Assembly (NCBI GenBank): GCA_963767925.1
Contig: CAVYGB010000008.1
Span: 1,248,001-1,312,000, forward strand
Source: an uncultured delta proteobacterium
GTDB lineage: Bacteria; Myxococcota_A; Polyangia; Fen-1088
Direction of reading: 5' to 3'
Length of the DNA stretch: 64,000 nucleotides
This document shows, one piece after another, positions 1 to 9,139 of this stretch. A model generated the notes under the pieces. That model searched no databases and had not been told where the DNA came from. It saw nothing but the letters and a program-made list of their open reading frames with translations. Numbering within the stretch: the first letter of the stretch is position 1; the number at the start of each line of letters is the position of its first letter. The position numbers and the translations under genes were made by a program.

Positions 1-1
1 C

Positions 2-559
2 AAGCTGCTGGTCGGCGACACCGACCTCACAACCCTCTCGGAGTTCGAGATCGCCCGCCTGGGCATCGGCCGCAAGTTCCAGCGCCCGACGGTGTTCCAG
101 GGGCACACCGTCTTCGAGAACCTCGAGCTGGCCAGCAAGGGCCTGCGGGGCGTGTGGCGCAACCTGTTCGGTCGCCTGGCCGCCGCCGACCGCTGCCGCA
201 TCGAGGAGATCCTGGCCCTGGTGGGCCTGCAGGAGCAGCGTCACCAGCGCGCCGGGGTGCTCGCGCACGGGCAGAAGCAATGGCTCGAGATCGGCATGTT
301 GCTGGTCCAGGACCCCCGCCTGCTGCTGCTCGACGAGCCGGTGGCGGGGATGACCCACCAGGAGACCGAGCGGACCGCCGAGCTGGTGACTACCCTGGCC
401 AGGGACCGGACCGTCGTCGTCGTCGAGCACGACATGGACTTCGTGCGCCACATCGCCCGCAAGGTGACGGTGCTCCACGAGGGGCGGACGCTGGCCGAAG
501 GATCCATGGAGGCGGTCCAGCGCGATCCGCGGGTCATCGAAGTTTATCTGGGGACTTGA
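2..559 (+). CDS. urtD: Urea ABC transporter ATP-binding protein UrtD (5' truncated by window)
   Basis: Open frame from window start; IARLGIGRKFQRPTVF, LAHGQKQWLEIGM, LLLLDEPVAGMT, RVIEVYLG are typical of UrtD; followed by urtE. Confidence 0.9.
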   Translation, partial: KLLVGDTDLTTLSEFEIARLGIGRKFQRPTVFQGHTVFENLELASKGLRGVWRNLFGRLAAADRCRIEEILALVGLQEQRHQRAGVLAHGQKQWLEIGMLLVQDPRLLLLDEPVAGMTHQETERTAELVTTLARDRTVVVVEHDMDFVRHIARKVTVLHEGRTLAEGSMEAVQRDPRVIEVYLGT

Positions 560-561
560 AC

Positions 562-1255
562 GTGCTGCAAGCTTCGGCCATCAACCAGTATTACGGGGAG
601 AGCCACATCCTCTGGGATGCCACCGTCGATCTCGACGCCGGGGGCCTGCACCTGCCTCATGGGCCGCAACGGCGTCGGCAAGACAACCTTCTTGAAGGTC
701 ATCATGGGCCTGCAGCGGGCGGCCGCCGGCTCGCTCCGGTTCGACGGGCACGACCTGCTGGCCGCCCCGGCCGAGAAGCGGGCCCGCCTCGGCATCGGCT
801 ACGTGCCGCAGGGGCGGGAGATCTTTCCTCAGCTCGACGTCGAGGAGAACCTGCGGATCGGCCTGGTGGCCCAGCGCAAGAAGGCCACCATCCCGGAGAA
901 GGTCTTTGCGCTGTTCCCGGTCCTCAAGAAGATGCTCCGGCGGCGGGGCGGCGATCTGTCGGGCGGGCAACAGCAGCAGCTCGCCATCGCCCGGGCCCTG
1001 GCGCCGGGCCCCAAGCTGCTCATCCTCGACGAGCCCACCGAGGGGATCCAGCCCAACATCGTCCACGAGATAGGCGACGTGTTGATGCGGCTCAACCGGG
1101 AGGACAAGATGACCATCCTGCTGGTGGAGCAGAAGTTGCCCTTCGCCCGCCGGGTCGCCGACCGCTTCATCATCATGGACCGCGGTCGCACCGTGGCCTC
1201 GGGGGCCATGGGCGAGCTCGGCGACGACCTGGTCCACCGCCACCTCGGCGTCTAG
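562..1255 (+). CDS. urtE: Urea ABC transporter ATP-binding protein UrtE (frameshift near 640)
   Basis: GTG 562 gives VLQASAINQYYGESHILW; after a G-run the frame shifts to CLMGRNGVGKTT...LSGGQQQQLAIARAL...DEPTEGIQP. Confidence 0.88.
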
Positions 1256-3096
1256 CCGGGTCGTCCCGTGGCGGCGGCGCCGGGTCGGCCCTCAGCGGGC
1301 TGGGCCCGGTACGCCTTCCAGCCCCCGAAGCGCGTGATGTCGGTGGTGCCCGCCACCGCGTAGGCCTCGCAGACGAAGCCCGGCGTCCGCTCGCCATCGG
1401 CCAGCTCGACGGTGCCGATGGCCAGGGGGGCGCTGACCCCCCGGAAGAAGGTCCCGAACGCCTCCAGCGGCAGCTCCCAAACCTCGACCGCGATGGCGCT
1501 GCCTTGACCATCGGGCACCCGCAGCAGACCTGGCTTGGCGGGCGTGGTGGCGAGGGCGTACAGGCGATAACAGGGCGCCGTCTCGGTGGCGCGCAGCAGG
1601 CGGGCGCCCAGCTCGGTGAGCTGGTGGTTGAGCGGCTCGCCCGAGAGGTGGGCGCCCACCACGGTGATGCGCAGGGTGGGCCGGGTGGGGGCGTCGCCCG
1701 CGGGTGACGGGGGCAGGGAGCCGAGGCTAGCCCCGGTCGCGCCCAGGGGGCCCCCCAGCGCCCGGTGCAGCCGGGACCCCAGGGCGGCCAGCCGGCCGTC
1801 GCTGCCCCAGGGGCCGATCAGGCTGACCCCGGCGGGCAGCCCATCGCCGCGGAACCCGGCCGGGACCGCCAGCCCGGCGAGATCGAGGAGGTTGACGAAG
1901 TTCGTGTAGAGCCCCAGCCGGGCGTTGAGGGCGCGCGGCTCGGCCGCGACCTCATCGATGGTGTAGATGGTCGGGGTGGTGGGCAGGACCAGGACCTCGA
2001 AGTCCTTCCAGGTCCCCGCCACCTGCCGCTGCAGCTCGCTCAGCCGGTGCAGGCCGGCGAAGGCCTCGACGCCGGTGACCCGCCGGCCCTCGCCGAGGAT
2101 CTCGCGGGTCACGGGCAAGAACGCCTCCGGCGCGCGCGCGAAGAACTCGGCCAGGCTGGCCAGCCGCTCGGCGATCCAGGGCCCGTCGTACAGCAGCCGG
2201 GCCGCTTCGAAATATGGCGTCAGGTCGACCTCGATCGGTTGCCCGCCCAGCGCTTGCAGCCGGGCCAGCGCTGCCTCGAACAGGCGTTCGGCCTCCCGGT
2301 CCCCGAAGAACTCCCGGTCGGACGCCCGGGGCGCTCCGAAGCGGAAGGGACCGGGCTGGCCGCCGGCAGCCATATTCCAGCGCGTCCCCGCGGCGCCGGC
2401 GGCGACCGCCGCCACCGCGGCGGCGTCCTCCACGGTCAGCGCGAACACCGACACGCAGTCGAGCGAGCGACAGGCCGGCACCACCCCCTCCGTGCTGAGG
2501 AGACCCCGGCTCGGTTTGATCCCGACGAGGTTGTTGAAGGCCGCTGGCACGCGGCCGGAGCCGGCGGTATCGGTGCCCAGGGCGAACCCGACCATCCCCC
2601 GCGCGACCGCCGCCGCCGAGCCCGAGCTGGATCCCCCGACGATGTAGCGGCTGTCGAAGGGGTTGGCGGGGATCCCGTAAGGCGATCGGGTCCCCACCAG
2701 CCCGGTTGCGAACTGATCGAGGTTCGTCTTGCCGATGAGCAGGGCCCCCGCCTGCTGCAGGCGCTGCACGACCGGAGCGCTGGCCTGCGCGGGATAGGCG
2801 AAGGCCGGGCAGGCGGCAGTGGTGGGCAGACCCTCGACGTCGATGTTGTCCTTCACCGCGAAGGGGATCCCATAGAGCGGCAGGACCTGCCCGGCGTCCC
2901 GTCGGCGTTGCAGGTCGCGGGCGTCGGCCAGCACCGCCTCACCTTGCCGGCGGTGGATCCAGATACCCGCCCCCTCGGGCGCGTCGGCGCGCTCGAGCGC
3001 GCGGCGCGCGACGTCGGTCACGCTCGACGTGCCCGCGGCCAGCGATCCGGACAACGCGTGCAGGGCGAAGCTCGACGGGATTTCCGCAGCGGGCAT
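1252..3096 (-). CDS. atzF: Allophanate hydrolase (amidase signature family)
   Basis: LYGIPFAVKDNIDV, GKTNLDQFATGLVGTRSPYG, GGSSSGSA, GTDTAGSGRVPA; C-terminal VVGAHLSGEPLN domain; ATG 3096 chosen as start. Confidence 0.93.
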   Translation of the reverse strand: MPAAEIPSSFALHALSGSLAAGTSSVTDVARRALERADAPEGAGIWIHRRQGEAVLADARDLQRRRDAGQVLPLYGIPFAVKDNIDVEGLPTTAACPAFAYPAQASAPVVQRLQQAGALLIGKTNLDQFATGLVGTRSPYGIPANPFDSRYIVGGSSSGSAAAVARGMVGFALGTDTAGSGRVPAAFNNLVGIKPSRGLLSTEGVVPACRSLDCVSVFALTVEDAAAVAAVAAGAAGTRWNMAAGGQPGPFRFGAPRASDREFFGDREAERLFEAALARLQALGGQPIEVDLTPYFEAARLLYDGPWIAERLASLAEFFARAPEAFLPVTREILGEGRRVTGVEAFAGLHRLSELQRQVAGTWKDFEVLVLPTTPTIYTIDEVAAEPRALNARLGLYTNFVNLLDLAGLAVPAGFRGDGLPAGVSLIGPWGSDGRLAALGSRLHRALGGPLGATGASLGSLPPSPAGDAPTRPTLRITVVGAHLSGEPLNHQLTELGARLLRATETAPCYRLYALATTPAKPGLLRVPDGQGSAIAVEVWELPLEAFGTFFRGVSAPLAIGTVELADGERTPGFVCEAYAVAGTTDITRFGGWKAYRAQPAEGRPGAAATGRPG

Positions 3097-3204
3097 GGCG
3101 GCTGACCTAACCGATCGCTCGCAGAAAAACAACTGGCGGTGGTTTTACCAACAGTTCACTGGCAGGAAAACGGAGCGAAACATGGGCTGGCCTATAAGAA
3201 CCGC

Positions 3205-4362
3205 ATGAATCACCGGACCGTGATCACCCGAGGACCCGTGCGTGTCCTGATTGCCGTCACCGCGCTGACCGGGCTCCTGACCTGCAAGAAGCAGGCGGCC
3301 GAGCCCGCCGCCGCCGGCGGGGCCGCTCCCGGCGCCGGCGCCCTGACGGTCGGGTTCATCTACGTCGGGCCCAAGGACGACTGGGGCTACAATCAGGCCC
3401 ACGCCGAAGGCGCCGCGGCGGTGGCCAAGCTCGAGGGGATCAAGGTCCGCGAGGAAGAGAACGTGCCCGAGACGGCGGCGGTTCAGAAGACCATGGAGAG
3501 CATGGTGAGCCTCGATGGCGCCCAGCTCCTGTTTCCCACCTCGTTCGGATATTTCGATCCCCATATCATCAAGACGGCGGAGAAGTTCAAGGAGACGCCC
3601 TTCTTGCATTGCGGGGGGCTTTACGTCGAGGGCAAACACCCCGGCAACGTCGGCAGCTATTTCGGCTACATCGACGAGGCTCAATACGTCGCTGGCGTCG
3701 TTGCCGGCATGACCACGAAGAAGAACAAGCTCGGCTTCATCGCCGCCAAGCCCATTCCTCAGGTGCTCCGCAACATCAACTCCTTCACGCTCGGCGCGCG
3801 CTCGGTCAACCCGAAGGTCACGACCTCGGTGGTCTTCACCGGGGACTGGTCGATGCCGGTCAAGGAGGCGGAGGCCGCCAACAGCCTGGCCGATCAGGGC
3901 GTCGACGTGTTGACCATGCACGTGGATTCGCCAAAGGTCGTCGTCGAGACCGCCGAGCGACGGGGCGATCTTCAGCTCGGGCTACCACGCCAACCAGTCG
4001 GCCCTGGCCCCCAAGGGGTACCTCACGGGCGCCGAGTGGAACTGGGGCAAGATCTACACCGACTACATCGCCATGGTGCGGGAGAAGAAGTCGTTCCCCC
4101 ACCTGCTGCGCGGAGGCTTCAAGGAAGGCTTCGTCAAGCTGTCGCCCTACGGCTCGGCGGTGAGCGAGGCCGCCCGGGCCAAGGCCGAGGAGGCCAGGGC
4201 CCAGCTCAGCGAAGGGCACCCTGGTCATCTACAAGGGCCCCATCAAGTCCAACAGCGGCAAGGTGGTCGTGCCCGCGGGCGCCGCAGCAGAACCAGACCG
4301 ACATCGTGCTCGAGAAGATGGACTACCTGGTCGAGGGCGTGATCGGGAAGATCCCGTCCTGA
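3205..4362 (+). CDS. BMP-family ABC transporter substrate-binding lipoprotein (frameshifts near 3965, 4215, 4285)
   Basis: Lipobox-like LLTC; VGFIYVGPKDDWGYNQAH, KLGFIAAKPIPQV, FTGDW; C-terminus MDYLVEGVIG reached through frame changes. Confidence 0.88.
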   Translation: MNHRTVITRGPVRVLIAVTALTGLLTCKKQAAEPAAAGGAAPGAGALTVGFIYVGPKDDWGYNQAHAEGAAAVAKLEGIKVREEENVPETAAVQKTMESMVSLDGAQLLFPTSFGYFDPHIIKTAEKFKETPFLHCGGLYVEGKHPGNVGSYFGYIDEAQYVAGVVAGMTTKKNKLGFIAAKPIPQVLRNINSFTLGARSVNPKVTTSVVFTGDWSMPVKEAEAANSLADQGVDVLTMHVDSPKVVVETAERRGDLQLGLPRQPVGPGPQGVPHGRRVELGQDLHRLHRHGAGEEVVPPPAARRLQGRLRQAVALRLGGERGRPGQGRGGQGPAQRRAPWSSTRAPSSPTAARWSCPRAPQQNQTDIVLEKMDYLVEGVIGKIPS

Positions 4363-4380
4363 CGGATCGGCCGCCCCGCC

Positions 4381-5442
4381 GTGATCCGTCTCTGCGCCAT
4401 CGTCGTCTCCCTGCTGCTGTTCGGCGGCTTCGTCGCCCTCGCGGGCGTCAACCCGGGAGAGGTCTACTACCAGATGTACCGGGGGGCCTTCGGCACCTGG
4501 TTCTCCTTTCAGAACACCTTGCAGCGGGCGGCGCCCCTGATGTTGACCGCCCTCTGCACGGCGCTGCCCGCGCGCTTCGGCCTGGTCGTGATCGGCGGAG
4601 AGGGGGCCCTCGTGCTGGGCGGGCTCGGGGCGGCGCTGGCCGCCGCGGGCCTGGGAGCCGCCCCTCCAGCGCTCGTCCTGGCCGCGATGGCCCTCGGTGG
4701 GCTCCTGGCGGGCGGCCTGTGGATCGCCCTCGTGGGAGCCCTGCGCAGCCTGCGGGGGGTCAACGAGACCCTGAGCAGCCTGCTGCTCAACTACATCGCC
4801 ATCGCCCTGTTCAACCATCTGGTCGAAGGGGCGCTGCGCGACCCGGCCAGCCTCAACAAGCCCTCCACCCGCCCCATCGGCGAGGCCAACACGCTGGGGA
4901 ACCTCCCCGGGATGGACGTCCACGGCGGGCTGCTGTTCGGCCTGGTGGCCTGCCTGGCCGCCTACGTCCTCATGAACCGGACGAGCTTCGGCTTCGCCGC
5001 CCGGGTGGTGGGAGGCAACGTCCGGGCGGCGCTGCTCTCCGGGCTGCGGGTTCCCCGGCTGGTCATCGCCGGCTGTTTCCTGGCAGGAGCCTGCGCGGGG
5101 CTGGCCGGCATGGCCGAGGTGGCGGCGGTGCACGGGACCGCCAACGCCTCGCTCATCGCGGGCTACGGCTACAGCGGCGTCCTCGTCGCCTTCGTGGCCC
5201 GCCACCACCCGCTGGCCATCATCCCCGTGTCGCTGCTGCTGGGCGGGATGGCCGCCAGCGGGGGGCTGCTGCAACGTACCGTGGGGTTGCCCGACGCCGC
5301 GGTCAACGTCCTGCAAGGGATCGTCTTCGTCGTGATCCTCGCCAGCGACACCCTGGAGCGCCGCTCGCCCCGCTGGCGCTGGCTGCGGCGGCCGCGCCCG
5401 GCGGCCGAGGTGGTGCCGGCCGAGGTGGTGACGGCGCGATGA
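4381..5442 (+). CDS. ABC transporter permease (nucleoside/BMP type)
   Basis: Multi-TM; NTLQRAAPLMLTAL, IGGEG, GVNETLSSLLLNYI, GYGYSGVLVA. Confidence 0.9.
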   Translation: MIRLCAIVVSLLLFGGFVALAGVNPGEVYYQMYRGAFGTWFSFQNTLQRAAPLMLTALCTALPARFGLVVIGGEGALVLGGLGAALAAAGLGAAPPALVLAAMALGGLLAGGLWIALVGALRSLRGVNETLSSLLLNYIAIALFNHLVEGALRDPASLNKPSTRPIGEANTLGNLPGMDVHGGLLFGLVACLAAYVLMNRTSFGFAARVVGGNVRAALLSGLRVPRLVIAGCFLAGACAGLAGMAEVAAVHGTANASLIAGYGYSGVLVAFVARHHPLAIIPVSLLLGGMAASGGLLQRTVGLPDAAVNVLQGIVFVVILASDTLERRSPRWRWLRRPRPAAEVVPAEVVTAR

Positions 5443-6365
5443 ACGACACCGAGCTGGGCCTGCTGGGGGTACCCCTCGCCGTGCTGGGCGGCGCCTTGCG
5501 GGTGAGCACCCCGTTTCTCTTCGTCAGCCTCGGCGAATGCCTCACCGAGAAGAGCGGTCGGGTCAACCTGGGCCTGGAGGGGACCCTGGTGATGGGGGCC
5601 ATGTCCGGCTACGGCGTCTCTTACGCCAGCGGCTCGCCCTGGCTGGGCGTGCTGGTGGCGGGCCTGGTGGGAGCGATCTTCGGGGCCCTGCACGCCTTCC
5701 TCTGCGCCCGGCCCCGGGTCAACGACATCGCGGTGGGCATCGCCCTCATGTTGCTGGGGATCGGGCTGGCGTTTTTCCTGGGCAAGCCGCTCATCAAGCC
5801 GACCGCCCCCCGGCTGCCCGACCTGCGCCTCGGGGAGTGGAGCGACCTGCCTCAGGTGCGGTCGGGCTTGCAGGTGAACCTCCTGTGGTTGCTCGGGGTG
5901 GGCCTCTCGGTGGCCCTGGTCTTCTTTCTCGCCCGCACCCGCTGGGGCCTGATCCTGCGCACCGTGGGGGAGAGCAGCGACGCCGCCCGGGCCATGGGCT
6001 ACCCCGTCAACCGGGTCCGCCTCTACGCCACGGTGGCGGGCGGGTTCCTGGCCGGGGTGGGCGGCTCGTTCCTGTCGCTGTCTTATCCGGGGAGCTGGAA
6101 CGAAGGGCTCTCGAGCGGGCAGGGGCTGATGGCGGTGGCCCTCGTGATCTTCGCCCGCTGGCACCCCCTGCGCTGCCTGGCCGCCTCCTTGCTGTTCGGA
6201 GCGGCGGGGGCCCTGGGGCCGGCCCTGCAGGCGGTGGGCATCACCTCCGGCTATTACCTGTTCTCCGCCGCCCCCTACATCCTCACGCTGGCCATCATGG
6301 TGGCGACGAGCTCCGCCCGGAGGAGCCTGGCCGGCCAGCCCGCCGAGCTGGTCATGGGCCGCTGA
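5439..6365 (+). CDS. ABC transporter permease (second subunit)
   Basis: ATGA overlap with previous stop; LGECLTEKSGRVNLGLEG, GQGLMAVALVIFARW, PYILTL. Confidence 0.9.
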   Translation: MNDTELGLLGVPLAVLGGALRVSTPFLFVSLGECLTEKSGRVNLGLEGTLVMGAMSGYGVSYASGSPWLGVLVAGLVGAIFGALHAFLCARPRVNDIAVGIALMLLGIGLAFFLGKPLIKPTAPRLPDLRLGEWSDLPQVRSGLQVNLLWLLGVGLSVALVFFLARTRWGLILRTVGESSDAARAMGYPVNRVRLYATVAGGFLAGVGGSFLSLSYPGSWNEGLSSGQGLMAVALVIFARWHPLRCLAASLLFGAAGALGPALQAVGITSGYYLFSAAPYILTLAIMVATSSARRSLAGQPAELVMGR

Positions 6366-6403
6366 GGACCGCACCGGTCACCGGTCAGCAAAAGGAGTCG
6401 ATC

Positions 6404-7090
6404 GTGTCCAAGTTCATCTCCGCCGATCCCTACGCCTGGCCGTACAACGGAGACCTCCGCCCCGAGAACACCGCCCTCATCGTCATCGACATGCAGGCCG
6501 ACTTCTGCGGCGAAGGCGGCTACATCCAGCTCCTCGGCTACGACATCTCCCTCACCCGCGCCTGCATCGGCCCCATCCGGCGCCTGCTCGAGGCCCTGCG
6601 CCCGCGCGGCTTCCCGATCCTGCACACCCGGGAGGGCCACCGCCCCGATCTGTCCGACCTGCCCGCCAACAAGCGCTGGCGCTCGCGCAAGATGAAAGGG
6701 GGCATCGGCATCGGCGACGCCGGCCCTCGGGGCCGGGTGCTGGTCCGGGGTGAGCCCGGCTGGGACATCATCCCCGAGCTCTATCCCGCGCCGGGCGAGG
6801 TGATCATCGACAAGCCGGGCAAGGGATCCTTCTGCGCCACCGACCTCGACCTCGTCCTGCGGACCCGGGGCATCGTCAACCTCATCCTCGCCGGCATCAC
6901 CACCGACGTCTGCGTGCACACCACAATGCGCGAGGCCAACGACCGGGGTTACGAGTGTCTCCTGCTGTCCGACTGCTGCGGCGCCACCGACCTCGGCAAC
7001 CACCAGGCGGCGATCGAGATGGTCAAGATGCAGAACGGCGTCTTCGGCGCCGTCTCCACCTCCGCGGCCCTGCTCGAGGCCGTGGGGTGA
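6404..7090 (+). CDS. biuH: Biuret hydrolase-like cysteine hydrolase (isochorismatase family)
   Basis: GTG after AAGGAG; ADPYAWPYNGDLRPENTALIVIDMQ, HTREGHRPDLSDLPANKRWRS, DKPGKGSF, GITTDVCV, KMQNGVFG closely match BiuH; atzF adjacent. Confidence 0.85.
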   Translation: MSKFISADPYAWPYNGDLRPENTALIVIDMQADFCGEGGYIQLLGYDISLTRACIGPIRRLLEALRPRGFPILHTREGHRPDLSDLPANKRWRSRKMKGGIGIGDAGPRGRVLVRGEPGWDIIPELYPAPGEVIIDKPGKGSFCATDLDLVLRTRGIVNLILAGITTDVCVHTTMREANDRGYECLLLSDCCGATDLGNHQAAIEMVKMQNGVFGAVSTSAALLEAVG

Positions 7091-8613
7091 CGGGACCAGT
7101 GTTACCGCCCGTCCTCGACGTCGTCGATCTGGGCAAACGCTTCGGGGACTTCGTGGCCCTGCAGGGCGTGTCGCTGCGGCTCTCCCCCGGCACGGTGCAC
7201 GCCCTGCTCGGCGAAAACGGAGCGGGCAAGAGCACCCTCGTCAAGTGCATCATGGGCTACCACCGCCCCGACGCCGGCGAGGTCCGGCTCGACGGGCGCC
7301 CGGTGACGCCGGCCAGCCCCCGGGCGGCCCAGGCGCTCGGCATCGGGATGGTGTACCAGCACTTCACCCTGGTCCCCAACATGACGGTGGCGGAGAACCT
7401 GGTGCTGGCCCGGGGGAAGTTGCCTCTCTTCATCGACTGGGCCCGGGAGCGGCAAGAGCTGGAGGCGTTCTTCCAGCGCATCCCCTTCCGCTTGCCCCTC
7501 ACGGCGCCGGTGCGCACGCTGTCGGCGGGGGAGAAGCAGAAGCTCGAGATCGCCAAGCAGCTCTTTCTCGAGAGCCGGATCGTGATCCTCGACGAGCCCA
7601 CCTCGGTCCTCACGCCCGCCGAGTCGGACGAGGTGCTCGGCCTGCTGGCCGACCTGGCCCGCAAGGAGAAACGTCTCAGCATCTTGCTCATCACCCACAA
7701 GTTCCGGGAGGTGAGCGACTTCGCCGACGAGGTCACCGTCCTCCGGCGGGGCCGGCGGGCCGGAGGTGGCCCGGTGGGCCAGCTCGGCCAGGCCGACCTC
7801 GCCGAGCTCATGGTGGGGAGCCGGATCGCGGTGGAGGTGGCCCCCACGACCTCGCGCGCGCCGGGTGAACCCCGCCTGCGGGCCCGGGCGCTCTCCGCCC
7901 GGGACGACCTCGGCGCCGCCGCCCTGCGCGAGGTGAGCTTCACCGTGCGGGCCGGGGAGATCGTCGCCGTCGCCGCGGTGGCCGGCAACGGCCAGGAAGA
8001 GCTGGTGGAGGTGCTGGCCGGTCAGCGGCCGCGATCGGGCGGCGAGGTCGACGTCGGCGGCAGCGCCTACCAGGGCAGCCGGGCCCAGATGCGCGCCCGC
8101 CGGCTGCGCTGCTTGCCCGAGGAGCCGCTGCGCAGCGCCTGTGTCCCGGCCATGTCGGTCGCCGAGAACATGGCCTTCTTCGACTTCGATTGCCCGCCCT
8201 ACGCGCGCTTCGGCTGGTGGCTGTCGCCGCGAGCCCTGCGCGAACGCAGCCAACGGCTCATCGAGCAATTCGGCGTACGCACGCGCTCGGCCGACACGCC
8301 CCTCGGCGACCTCTCGGGCGGCAACGTCCAGCGGGTGGTCCTGGCGCGAGAGCTGGCCAGCCAGCTCGACGTGCTGGTGGTGGCCAACCCCTGCATGGGG
8401 CTCGACTTCACGGCGGTGGCCGAGGTGCACACGCGCCTGCGTCAGGCGCGCGACTCGGGCACCGCCGTGTTGCTGATCAGCGCGGACCTCGACGAGATCT
8501 TCGCTCTCGCCGATCGGATCCTCGTCATGAGCGAGGGCCGGGTGGTCCATGAAACGCCGGCCGCCACCGCCGAGCTGAAGGTGCTGGGCGCGTACATGGC
8601 GGGGCACGCGTGA
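7087..8613 (+). CDS. ABC transporter ATP-binding protein (double NBD, CUT2 type)
   Basis: GTGA overlap; GENGAGKST, LDEPTSVL, LSGGNVQR. Confidence 0.92.
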   Translation: MTGPVLPPVLDVVDLGKRFGDFVALQGVSLRLSPGTVHALLGENGAGKSTLVKCIMGYHRPDAGEVRLDGRPVTPASPRAAQALGIGMVYQHFTLVPNMTVAENLVLARGKLPLFIDWARERQELEAFFQRIPFRLPLTAPVRTLSAGEKQKLEIAKQLFLESRIVILDEPTSVLTPAESDEVLGLLADLARKEKRLSILLITHKFREVSDFADEVTVLRRGRRAGGGPVGQLGQADLAELMVGSRIAVEVAPTTSRAPGEPRLRARALSARDDLGAAALREVSFTVRAGEIVAVAAVAGNGQEELVEVLAGQRPRSGGEVDVGGSAYQGSRAQMRARRLRCLPEEPLRSACVPAMSVAENMAFFDFDCPPYARFGWWLSPRALRERSQRLIEQFGVRTRSADTPLGDLSGGNVQRVVLARELASQLDVLVVANPCMGLDFTAVAEVHTRLRQARDSGTAVLLISADLDEIFALADRILVMSEGRVVHETPAATAELKVLGAYMAGHA

Positions 8614-8972
8614 TGTCCGAGCCGGAGAAACAACCAGATATCTTCCGCCTCGCCGAGCTGCTGGCGCTCGCGGGGCCGCCGCGCTGGTCGCCGTTCCATC
8701 CGGGCGTGGAGATCTGCCGGCTCTACGATCACGGTCCCGAGGGGCCCGCCGCCGCGATTCTGCGCTATGCGCCGGGCGCCGCGGTCCCTCCGCACGTTCA
8801 CGTCGGCTACGAACACGTCCTGGTTCTGGAAGGGGCGCAGCAGGACCACCGCGGGAGATACCCGGCTGGCACGTTCGTCGTCAATCCGCCCGGATCTCGG
8901 CACGAGGTTCGTAGTCCAGAGGGCTGTATCGTGATAGTCATCTGGGAACGCCCGGTGAGAATTCTCGGCTAG
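8610..8972 (+). CDS. ChrR-like cupin domain protein
   Basis: LRYAPGAAVPPHVHVGYEHVLVLEG...NPPGSRH cupin motifs; translationally coupled. Confidence 0.8.
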   Translation: MMSEPEKQPDIFRLAELLALAGPPRWSPFHPGVEICRLYDHGPEGPAAAILRYAPGAAVPPHVHVGYEHVLVLEGAQQDHRGRYPAGTFVVNPPGSRHEVRSPEGCIVIVIWERPVRILG

Positions 8973-9139
8973 TTCTCGCCCGAAGTTACCGAAGGTTTCA
9001 GTCGGGGAAATCCGTCGTTTACCTGTTGCGGTTAAGTTGTCGCCCGGCATTGCTGAGGCGTACAGCTGACTGCGGCGCCGGGCTCGTCGGGCCCGATAGG
9101 GGGGTTGGGGCCGCTGCGGCCCCACTACGAAAAGAGGAG

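Noticed and set aside
9044..9060. GG-N10-GC sigma54-like site before the porin
   Set aside because: Lacks the TGGCAC and TTGC cores; likely chance in GC-rich DNA
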